Assembly (NCBI RefSeq): GCF_036365525.1
Contig: NW_027141721.1
Span: forward strand, 124,001 to 188,000
DNA: 64,000 nucleotides
Direction: 5' to 3'
Origin: Heterodontus francisci
Lineage: Eukaryota
The position numbers and the translations under genes are program-made. Positions 48,501-60,500 of this stretch are shown here, in pieces. Each line of letters begins with the position of its first letter. The stretch's first letter is position 1. The notes below the pieces were generated by a model that had not been told where the DNA came from, ran no database searches, and was given only the letters and a program-made list of their open reading frames with translations.

Positions 48501-51500
48501 AGTGACTGAGGGCAGTGGGACATAGTGACTGAGGGAAGTGTGATATAGTGACTGAGGGCATTAGGACATAGTGACTGAGGGGAGTGGGATATAGTCATTG
48601 AGGGCAGTGGGACATAGTGACTGAAGGCAGTGGGATATAGTGACTGAGGGCTGTGGGACATAGTGATTGAGGGGAGTGGGACACAGTCACTGAGGTGAGT
48701 GGGATATAGTGACTGATGGGAGAGGGATGCAGTGATTGAGGGCAGTGGGATGTAGTAACTGAGCGGAGTGGGACGTAGTGACTGAGGGCCGTGGGATATA
48801 GTGACTTAGGGCAGTGGGATGCATTGACTTTGCGGAGTGGGATGTGGTAACTGCGGAGAGTGGGATGTAGTGACTGAGGTGAGTGGGATACAGTGACTGA
48901 GGGGAGTGGGATACAGAGACTGAGGGTAGTATGATACAGTGTCTGAGGGGAGTGGGATACAGCAACTGAGGGGAGTGTGATACAGTCACTGAGGGTAGTG
49001 TGATACAGTGTCTGAGGGGAGTATGAAACAGTCACTGAGGGGAGTGTGATGCAGCGACTGAGGGTAGTGTGATACAGTGTCTGAGGGGAACTTGACACAG
49101 TGACAGAGGGTAGTGTGATGCAGTGACAGAGGGAGTGTGATACAGTGACAGAGGGGAGTGTGATACAGTGAGTGAGGGGAGTGTGATACAGTGACTGAGG
49201 GGAATGTGATACAGTGACTGAGGGGAGTGTGATACAATGACAGAGGAAGTGTGATACAGTGACAGAGTGGAGTCTGACACAGTGAGTGAGGGGAGTGTGA
49301 TACAGTGACTGAGGGGTGTGTGATGCAGTACAGAGGGAAGTGTGATACTGTGACTGAGCGAGTGTGACACAGTGACTGAGGGGAGTGTGATACAGTGTCT
49401 GAGGGGAGTGTGATGCAGTGTCTGAGGGGAGTGCGATACAGTGACTGAGGGGAATGTGATACATGACTGAGGGGAGTGTGATACAGAGTCTGAGGGGAGT
49501 ATGAAACAGTCACTGAGGGGAGTGTGATGCAGCGACTGAGGGTAGTATGATACAGTGTCTGAGGGGAACTTGTTACAGTGACTGAGGTTAGTGTGATGCA
49601 GTGACAGAGAGAGTGTGATACAGTGAGTGAGGGGAGTGTGATACAGTGACTGAGGGGAGTGTGATACAATGACAGAGGAAGTGTGATACAGTGACAGAGT
49701 GGAGTCTGACACAGTGAGTGAGGGGAGTGTGATACAGTGACTAAGGGGAGTGTGATGCAGTGACAGAGGGAAGTGTGATACTGTGACTGAGCGAGTGTGA
49801 CACAGTGACTGAGGGGAGTGTGATGGAGTGACTCAAGGACTGTGATACAGTGTCTGAGGGGAGTAGGATACGGTCACTGAGGGGAGTGGGATGCAGCGAC
49901 TGAGTGTACTGTGACACCGTGACTGAGGGGAGTATGATACAGTCACTGAGGGGAGTGGGATGCAGCGAATGAGGGTAGTGTGATCGAGTGACTGTGGGGA
50001 GTGGAATACATTGACTGAGAGGAATGTGATATAGTGACTGAGGGAAGTGTGATACAGTGACTGAGAGAGTGTGATGCAGTGACTGAGGGGAGTGTGATGC
50101 AGTGACTGAGGTGAGTGTGATACAGTGACTGAGGTGAGTGGGATACAGTGAGTGAGGGGAGTATGATATAGTGACTGAGGTGAGTGTGATGCAGTGACCG
50201 CTGGGAGTGTGATGCAGTGACTGCTGGGAGTGTGATACAGTGACTGAGGGGAGTGTGACGCAGTAATGTAGTGAACAGGATGGAAGATAATGGTTTTATA
50301 AAGATTGTTATCTGTCATTCTCCTGACACGAGCACCATCCTGTTGACCTGATGTGTTTTTCTCCATGTCTCACTTTGCAATATCTCCCTCCCTTCAATAC
50401 AGAACCCGTGACTTCCAAAACTCAGGAATCCGAGGAACAATCAACTAGAGAATCTACTGAGGTTTCATCCTCCACCCCAGCGGGCTCTGGAAGCTCAGGT
50501 ACCTGTCATGTGGGGTCATCATCGCAGAATCATGGTATCGGAGACTGGTTACAGAACAGGAAGAGGCCATTGAGCCCATCGTCACCTTGACAGCTCTATG
50601 CCTGTGCAACTCATCTACTCCCACTCCTGCAATTTCCCCGTCGCACTGCAGATTATTTCTCCAATGACAATTTTCCAATTCCCTTTTGAAAGCCTCAATT
50701 GAACCTGCCTCCAGCACACTCTCAGGAAGTGCATTTCAGATCCTAACCACTCGCTGTGTGAAAAGGTTTTCCTGTCTCTGTTGTGACTTTTACCACTCAC
50801 CTAAAACCGGTGCCTTCCAGTTCTGGATCCTCCCACCAATGGGACTTAGGGGAGTGGGGCATAGTTAGTGGGGGAGAGGGATGTAGTGACTGAGGGGAGA
50901 AGGTTGCACTGACCGAGGTGAGTGGGATATAGTGACTGAGGGCAGTGGGGCATAGTGACTGAGGGCAGTGGGATATAGTGAGTGAGGGGAGAGGGATGTA
51001 GTGACTGAGGGGAGTGGGACAGAGTGACTTAGGGTAGTGGGTTATAGTGAGTGAGGGGAGAGTGATGTAGTGACTGAGGGGAGTGGGACATAGTGACTGA
51101 GGGGAGTGGGATGTAGTTACTGAGGGCAGTTGGACATAGTGATTGAGGGCAGTGGGATGTCGTGACTGAGGGGAGTGAGACATAGTGAATGAGGGGAGTG
51201 GGATATAGTGAGTGAGGGGAGAGGGATATAGTGACTGAGGGGAGTGGGATATAGTTACTGAGGGCAGTAGGACATAGTGATTGAGGGCAGTGGGATATAG
51301 TCATCGAGGGGTGCGGAACATAGTGACTGAGGGGAGTGGGATATAGTCATTCAGGGGAGTGGGATATAGTCATTGTGGGCAGTGGGACATAGTGACTGAG
51401 GGCAGTGGGACATAGTCACTGAGGTGAGTGGGATATAGTGACTGATGGGATATGGATGCAGTGATTGAGGGCAGTGGGAGATAGTCACTGAGCAGAGTGG

Positions 51501-54500
51501 GTCGTTGTGACTGAGGGCAGTGGGTTATAGTGACTGAGGGCAGTGGTATGTATTCACTGTGCAGAGTGGGATGTGGTAACTGCAGAGTGTGGGATGCAGT
51601 GACTGAGGTGAGTGGGATACAGTGACTGAGGTGAGTGTGATACAGTGACTGAGGGCAGTGGGATACAGTGACTGAGAGGAGTTGATACAGTGACTGAGAT
51701 ATTGTGATGCAGTGACTGAGGTGAGTGTGATGCAGTGACTGCTGGGAGTGTGATACAGTGACTGAGGGGTGTGTGACGCAGTAATGTCGTGAACAGGATG
51801 GAAGATAATGGTTTTATAAAGATTGTTATCTGTCATTCTCCGGACACGAGCACCATCCTGTTGACCTGATGTGTTTTTCTCCATGTCTCACTTTGCAATG
51901 TCTCCCTCCCTTTAATACAGAACCCGTGACTTCCCAAACGCAGGAATCCGAGGAACAATCGACTAGCGAATCTACTGAGGTTTCATCCTCCACCCCAGCG
52001 GTCTCTGGAAGCTCAGGTACCTGCCTTGTGGTGTTATCATCGCAGAATCATGGAATCAGAGACTGGTTACAACACAGAAAGAGGCCATTGAGCCCATCGT
52101 CACTGTGACAGCTGTATGCCTGTGCAACGCACCTACTCCCAGTCCTGCCAATTCCCCATCTCCCAGCAGATTGATTCTCCGATGACAATTTTCCAATTCC
52201 CTTTTGAAGGCCTCAATTGAACCTGCCTCCAGCACACTCTCAGGCAGTGCATTTCAGATCCTAACCACTCTCTGTGTGAAAAGATTTTCCTGTCTCTGTT
52301 GTGACTTACATCACTCACCTAAAACCGGTGCCCTCTAGTTCTGGATCCTCCCACCAATGGGACTGAGGGGAGTGGGACATAGTTACTGAGGGGAGAGTGA
52401 TGCAGTGACTGAGGGGAGAAGGTTGCACTGACCGAGGGGAGTGGGATATAGTGACTGAGGGCAGTGGGACATAGTGACTGAGGGTAGTGTGATGCAATGA
52501 CAGAGGAAGTGTGATACAGTGACAGAGGGGAGTGTGATACAGTGTGTGAGGGGGGTGTGATACAGTGACTGAGGGGAGTATGATACAGTGACTGAGGGGA
52601 GTGTGATGCAGTGAGTAAGGGATTGTGATACAGTGACTGAGGGGATAGCGATACAGTTACGGAGGGAGTGTGATACACTGACTGAGGGGAGAGGGATACA
52701 GTGACTGAAGGGAGTGTGATACAGTGACTGAGGGGTGTGGGATGCAGTGACTGAGGGGAGTAGGATACAGTCACTGTGGGGAGTGGGATGCAGCGACTGA
52801 GGGTAGTGTGATACGGTGACTGAGGGGAGTGTGATGCAGTGACTGAGGGGAGTGAGATACACTGACTGAGGGGAGTGGGATACAGTGACTGAAGGGAGTG
52901 TGATCCAGTGACTGAGGGGTGGGGCATGCAGTGACTGAGGGGAGTAGGATACAGTCACTGAGGGAAGTGGGATGCAGCGACTGAGTGTAGTGTGATACAG
53001 TGACTGAGGGGAGTATGATACATTCACTGAGGAGACTGGAATGCAGCGACTGAGTGCACTGTGATAGAGTGACTGAGGGGTGTGGGATGCAGTGACTGAG
53101 AGAGTGTGATGCAGTGACAGAGGGAAGTGGGATACAGTGACTGAGAGACTGTGATACAGTGACTGAGAGAGTGTTACACAGTGACAGAGGGAAGTGGGAT
53201 ACAGTGACTGAGGGGTGTGTGATACTGTGACAGCGGGGAGTGCGATACAGTGACTGAGGGAGTGTGATACGGTGACTGGGGGAGAGTGCTACAGTGAGTG
53301 ATGGGTGTGTGATACAGTGACTGAGGGGAGCATGATACAGTGACTGAGGGGAGTGTGATACAGTGACTCAGGGAGCGTGATACAGTGACTGAGGGGAGTG
53401 TGATACAGTTTCGGAGGGGCGTGTGATACACTGACCGAGGGGAGTGGGATACAGTGACTGAAGGGAGTGCGATATAGTAACTGAGGGTAGTATGATACAG
53501 TGACTGAGGGGATTGTGACACAGTGTCAGACGGTAGCATGATACAGCCACTGAGGGGAGTGTGATGCAGCGACTGAGGGTAGTGTGATACAGTGTCTGAG
53601 GGGGGTGTGATACAGTGACTGAGGGTTGTGTGATACAATGACAGAGGAAGTGTGATACAGTGACAGAGGGGAGTGTGATACAGTGTGTGAGGGGGGTGTG
53701 ATACAGTGACTGAGGGGAGCATGATACAGTTACTGAGGGGAGTGTGATACAGTGACTGAGGGGATAGCGATACAGTGACTGAAGGGAGTGTGATACAGTG
53801 ACTGAGGGGTGTGGGATGCAGTGACTGAGGGTAGTGTGATACGGTGACTGAGGGGAGTGTGATGCAGTGACTGAGGGGAGTGTGATAAACTGACTGAGGG
53901 GAATGGGATACAGTGACTGAAGTGAGTGTGATACAGTGACTGAGGGGTGTGGGATGCAGTGACTGAGGGGAGTAGGATACAGTCACTGAGGGGAGTGGGA
54001 TGGAGCGACTGAGGGGAGTGTGTTCCAGTGACTGAGGGGAGTTGGATACAGTCACTGAAGAGACTGGAATGCAGCGACTGAGTGGAGTGTGATAGAGTGA
54101 CTGAGGGGAGTGGGATACGGTGACTGAGAGAGTGTGATACAGTGACAGAGGGAAGTGGGATACAGTGACTGAGAGAGTGTGATACAGTGACTGAGAGAGT
54201 GTGACACAGTGACAGAGGGAAGTGGGATACAGTGACTGAATGTGTGGGATACAGTGACTGAGGGGATTGTGATACTGTGACAGCGGGGAGTGTGATACAG
54301 TGACTGAGAGAGTGTGATACGGTGACTGGGGTAGAGTGATACAGTGACTGTGGGGAGTGTGATACACTGTCTGAGGAGAGTGGGATGCAGTGACTGAGGG
54401 GAGTGTGATGCAGTGCCTGAGGGGTGTAGGATACAGTGAACTGAAGGGAGTGTGATCCAGTGACTGGAGGAGTGTGATACAGTGACTGAGGGGAGTGTGA

Positions 54501-57500
54501 TACAGTGTCTGAGGGTAGTATGATACAGTCACTGAGGGGAGTGCGATGCTGCGACTGAGGGTAGTGTGATACAGTGTCTGAGGGGGATGTGATACAGTGA
54601 CAGAGGGTAGAGTGATACAATGACAGAGGAAGAGTGATACAGTGACAGAGGGGAGTGTGATCCAGTGGGTGAGGGGAGTGTGATGCAGTGACTAAGGGGA
54701 GCATTATACAGTCACTGAGGGGAGTGTGATACAGTGACTCCGGGAGTGTGATACAGTGATTGAGGGCAGTGCGATAAAGTTACGGAGGGGAGTGTTATAC
54801 ACTGACTGAGGGGATTGGGATACAGTGACTGAAGGGAGTGTGATACAGTGACTGGAGGAGTGTGACACAGTGACTGAGGGGAGTGTGATACAGTGTCTGA
54901 GGGTAGTATGATACAGTCACTGAGGGGAGTGCGATGCAGCGACTGAGGGTAGTGTGATACAGTGTCTGAGGGGGATGTGATACAGTGACAGAGGGTAGAG
55001 TGATACAATGACAGAGGAAGAGTGATACAGTGACAGAGGGGAGTGTGATACAGTGGGTGAGGGGAGTGTGATGCAGTGACTAAGGGGAGCATTATACAGT
55101 GACTGAGAGGAGTGTGATACAGTGACTCCGGGAGTGTGATACAGTGATTGAGGGGAGTGCGATAAAGTTACGGAGGGGAGTGTTATACACTGACTGAGGG
55201 GATTGGGATACAGTGACTGAAGGGAGTGTGATCCAGTGACTGGAGGAGTGTGATACAGTGACTGAGGGGAGTGTGATACAGTGTCTGAGGGTAGTATGAT
55301 ACAGTCACTGAGGGGAGTGCGATGCAGCGACTGAGGGTAGTGTGATGCAGTGTCTGAGGGGGATGTGATACAGTGACAGAGGGTACAGTGATACAATGAC
55401 AGAGGAAGAGTGATACAGTGACAGAGGGGAGTGTGATACAGTGGGTGAGGGGAGTGTGATGCAGTGACTAAGGGGAGCATTATACAGTGACTGAGGGGAG
55501 TGTGATACAGTGACTCCGGGAGTGTGATACAGTGATTGAGGGGAGTGCGATAAAGTTACGGAGTGGAGTGTTATACACTAACTGAGGGGATAGGGATACA
55601 GTGACTGAAGGGAGTGTGATACAGTGACTGAGGGCTGTGGGATGCAGTGACTGAGGGGAGTAGGATACAGACACTGAGGGTTTGGGATGCAGCGACTGAG
55701 GGTAGTGTGATACAGTGACTGAGGGGAGTGTGATACAGTCACTGAGGAGAGGGGAATGCAGCGACTGAGGGGAGTGGCATACAGTGACTGAAGGGAGTGT
55801 GATACAGTGACTGAAGGGTGTGGGATGCAGTGACTGAGGGGAGTAGGAAACAGTCACTGAGGGGAGTGGGATGCAGCCACTGAGGGTAGTGTGTTACAGT
55901 GACTGAGGGGAGTATGATACAGTCACTGAGGAGAGTGGAATGCAGCGACTGAGGGGAGTGTGATAGAGTGACTGAGGGGAGTGTGATACAGTGACTAAGG
56001 GGAGCATTATACAGTGGCTGAGAGAGTGTGATACGGTGACTGGGGGAGAGTGATACAGTGACTGTGGGGAGTGTGATACGCTGTCTGAGGAGAGTGGGAT
56101 GCAGTGACTGAGGGGAGTGTGATGCAGTGTCTGAGTGGTGTAGGATACAGTGAACTGAAGGGAGTGTGATACAGTGACTGGGGGAGTGTGATACAGTGAC
56201 TGAGGGGAGTGTGATACAGTGTCTGAGGGTAGTATGATACAGTCACTGAGGGGAGTGCGATGCAGCTACTGAGGGTAGTGTGATACAGTGTCTGAGGGGG
56301 ATGTGATACAGTGACAGAGGGGAGAGTGATACAATGACAGAGGAAGAGTGATACAGTGACAGAGGGGAGTGTGATACAATGGGTGAGGGGAGTGTGATAC
56401 GGTGACTAAGGGGAGAATTATACAGTGACTGAGGGGAGTGTGATACAGTGACTCAGGGAGTGTGATACAGTGATTGAGTGGAGTGCGATAAAGTTACGGA
56501 GGGTAGTGTTATACACTGTCTGAGGGGATTGGGATACAGTGACCGAAGGGAGTGTGATTCAGAGACTGAGGGGTGTGGGATGCAGTGACTGAGGGTAGTA
56601 GGATACAGTCACTGAGGGGAGTGGGATGCAGCGACTGAGGGTAGTGTGATGCAGTGACTGAGGGGAGTATGATACAGTCACTGAGGAGAGGGGAATGCAG
56701 CGACTGAGGGGAGTGGGATACAGTGACTGAAGGGAGTGTGATACAGTGACTGAGGGGTGTGGGATGCAGTGACTGAGGGGAGTAGGAAACAGTCACTGAG
56801 GGGAGTGGGATCAGCGACTGAGCATAGTGTGATGCAGTGACTGAGGGGAGTATGATCCAGTCACTGAGGAGAGTGGAATTCAGTGGCTGAGGGGAGTGTG
56901 ATAGAGTGACTGAGGGGAGTGGGATACAGTGACTGAGGTGAGCATGATACAGTGAAAGAGGGAAGTGGGATACAGTGACTGAGAGAGTGTGATACAGTGA
57001 CTGAGAGAGTGTGATACAGTGACAGAGGGAAGTGGGATACAGTGACTGAATGTGTGGGATACAGTGACTGAGGGGTGTGTGATACTGCGACAGCGGGGAG
57101 TGCGAAACAGTGACTGATAGAGTGTGATACAGTGACTGGGGGAGAGTGATACAGTGACTGGGGGAGAGTGATACAGTGACTGAGGGGAGTGTGATACACT
57201 GACTGAGAGAGTGTGATACAGTGACAGAGGGAAGTGGGATACAGTGACTGAATGTGTGGGATACAGTGACTGATAGAGTGTGATACAGTGACTGGGGGAG
57301 TGTGGTACATTGACTGAGGGGAGTGTGATACAGTGACTGATAGAGTGTGATACAGTGACTGGGGGAGTGTGGTACATTGACTGAGGGGAGTGTGATACTC
57401 TGTCTGAGTAGAGTGGGATGCAGTGACAGAAGCGAATATAATGCAGTGACTGAGTGGAGTGTGATACATTGAATGAGGGGAGTGTGAGACTCTGTCTGAG

Positions 57501-60500
57501 GGGAGTGGGACACAGTGAACTGAAGGGAGTGTGATACTGTGACTGGGGGAGTGTGATACAGTGACTGAGGAGAGTGTGATACACTGTCTGAGGGGAGTGG
57601 AGTGCAGTGACTGAAGGGAATATAATGCAGTGACTGAGGGGAGTGTGATACAGTGCCTGAGGGGCGTGTGTTGCAGTGACTGAGGGGAGTGTGATACAGC
57701 GACTGAGGAGAGTGTGATACAGTGACTGAGGGGAATGTGATAAAGTGACTGAGGTGAGTGTAATGCAGTGACTGAGGGGACTGTGATAGAGACTGAGGGC
57801 AGCATGATTCTCAAACTCAGGAATCCGAGGAACAATTGACTAGCGAATCTACTGAGGTTTCATCCACTACCCCAGCGGGCTCTGGAAGCTAAGGTATCTG
57901 CTTTGTGGGGTTATCATCGCAGAATCATGGAATCAAAGACTGGTTACGGCACAGAAAGTTTCTGTTCAGCCCATCTTCACCGTGCCAGCTCTCTGGCAGT
58001 GCAACTCACCTACTCCCACTCCTACCATTTTCCTGTCGCCCTGCAGATATTTTCTGCCATGACAATTATCCAATTCCCTTTTGAAAGCCTCAATTAAACC
58101 TGCCTCCAGCACACTCTCATGCAGTGCATTTCAGATCCTAACCACTCACTGTGTGAAAAGGTTTCCCTGCCTCTGTTGTGACTTTTACCACTCACCTAAA
58201 ACCGTTGCTCTCTAGTTCTGGATCCTCCCACCAAGAGGAACAGTTTTTCCCTGACTACTCTGTCCAGTTCCCTCTTGATTATGAACATCTTGATCAAATC
58301 TCCTCTTAATCTTCTCGTCTCCAGGGAGAACAGCCCCAGCTTCTCCGATCTATTCATGTCACTGACGTCCCTCATCCCGGGAACCATTCTGGTAAATCTT
58401 CTCTGCACCCTCTCAAATACCTTAACATCCTTCCTAAGTATTGACCGCTCTCTCGACCTGTCTTGCCACCTTCAATGATTTGTGCACATGTCCCCCCAGG
58501 TCCCTCTGCCCCTGCACCTCCTTTAGAATTGTAGCCTTTATTTTATATTGCCTCTCGTTCGTCCGACCAAAATGAATCACTTCACAATTCTCTGTGATAA
58601 ATTTCATTTGCCAGTGTCTGCCCATCCCACCAGCCTGTCTATGACCTCCTGACATCTATCACTGTCCTCCTCACAGTTCACAATACTTCCAGGTTTTTTG
58701 TCATCTGCAGATTTTGAAAGTGTGCCCTGTACGCCCCAGTCTTTGTCATTAATATACATCAGGAAAAACAGTGGTCTGAGCAATATTAGAGAGCAAAGCA
58801 CAGATGCACAGAGAATTAGGAGGGACAGATAACACTGGAGTCGATAAGAGTATCGTATTAGACGGGGGCAGTGGAAGAGGAAAGGAGATAAGCTGTCAAT
58901 TCAGTTTAATGTGTGTGTATATGGATGCACGGACAGTGGTAAATAAGGTTGTTGAGCTTCAGGCGCAGATAGCCACGTGGAAATATGATGTTGTGGCAAT
59001 TACAGGGTCCTGGCTCGAAGATGGGCAGGACTGGGTAGTGAATATTCCTGACGACAAGGTGTTCAGGAAAGGGAGGGGAGGAAGGAAAGGAGGAGGGGTA
59101 TCAGTATTGATTAAGGGGAACATTACAGTGCTGTTTTCTTTTCTCTCTCTTGTTCTCACTCATTCCAGATCTCCCTCACTCTTTTCTGTCTCACTCCTGT
59201 CGCCTACCCTCCTTTTCTCTCATTCCTGCTCTCTGTTGTTCTCTGACTCCACTTTCCCCCTGTCGTTTCGCTGATCACTTTGATAATCTCCTAAGTTTTC
59301 TCTGTTAGTTTTTGTTTCTTGTCGGAGTAGTAACTGATTCTGCAGCCGATGATATCTTGTGTCTCCCCTCAGTAAAGGCTGGTATACATTGATTCAGTGT
59401 GGCGAGGGAGTTAGATTACATACGAGAGGAGGTTCTGTGTTAAAACACTTCTGTCCACTCATCCAGCGTTCTGAATCCCAGTGAAATTCCTCTTGTCTTT
59501 ATTTGACCCTCTCAGACTCGGGGATTCCGTCTACTCCCGAGGAACCTCCCGACTCCCAGCCTGTTTCTGATGACGGTGGGAACGTTTCAGATCCTCCACA
59601 TTTCAGGAATATTAAATCCCTCCTCCTGTCTCAGTCTGGCACAAATATATCAGGACCGAGGGCCTCCAAACAGCTGTGTGATCGTTCTGTGTAGGGAAAC
59701 CCATCGTTCTCAATCTCTCTCTCTGCCTTGTCTGTGCTGTCAGACAAGAGTTGCAGTCACTTGTGTTCAGTATGAGTGGAATCATTGGGAAACAAAGAAA
59801 CGTAAACGTTCAGAAATTCCTTCAGAAATATCTTTGAGCTTCTATCTCACATCCCTCTCTCTGTAACTCTCAGTTTTATCTCTGTCTCTCTTTTTCTCCT
59901 TTATCTGCCTTTCACACGCATATATAAATATATTTCATTTCTGTAACCGCCTCTCTCCTATGTGGCTCTCAGATTCTCCAGCTCCCTCTTTCACCTCACT
60001 CTGTCTCCCACTCTCTCTGATGTTCTGTCTCCCTGTCTGTCTCTCTGACTCTCACTTTCTCTCTCTGTCTCTCTCACAGATGCTCTTTGTCTGTCTCTCT
60101 GTCTTTGTCTTTGTCAGAGGGACAGAGAGCATCAGAGAGAGAGAGAGAGAGTGAGAGTGAGAGACAGAGACAGAGAAAAGGGCAGTGAGACCGGAGTAAA
60201 CACGGAATGCAAATGATCTGGGGAGATGGAACAAGAGGCAACGGAGAAGAGAGTGCAGGATAGAGGATGATAACACAGGGAGGGCAGATTAGAGACAAGA
60301 CGAGTTGAGATAGAGAGAATAACAGAGACAGATGAACAAACGAGTGGATGACAAACTGGAGGAAAGAGAGTTTAAATTAGAGAGGCGAGATCATTCGAAA
60401 TACGTCCCGTGCCCTGTGCTAAACTCTGGGTGTATTTAACCTGTTGATGTTGTGACTGTTGTGTTTAGATACCAAATACAAGAGGATTAATGTGAAGATC

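Larger units (their letters stand above)
44860..57805 (+). repeat. 23-bp minisatellite arrays separating stalk cassettes R4-R9
   Basis: Directly visible; interrupted by exon cassettes at about 45530-46110, 46955-47540, 50260-50845 and 51780-52360. Confidence 0.9.

Noticed and set aside
45120-51884. Recurrent minus ORFs starting MEK(H/Y/N)TSGQQDGARVRR
   Set aside because: Antisense reading of the duplicated acceptor region running into minisatellite
53174-54704. Long minus-strand ORFs rich in SHSPQSLYHTPL (up to 452 aa) and many similar ones
   Set aside because: Translations of the 23-bp minisatellite, open in several frames at once; no evidence of coding function
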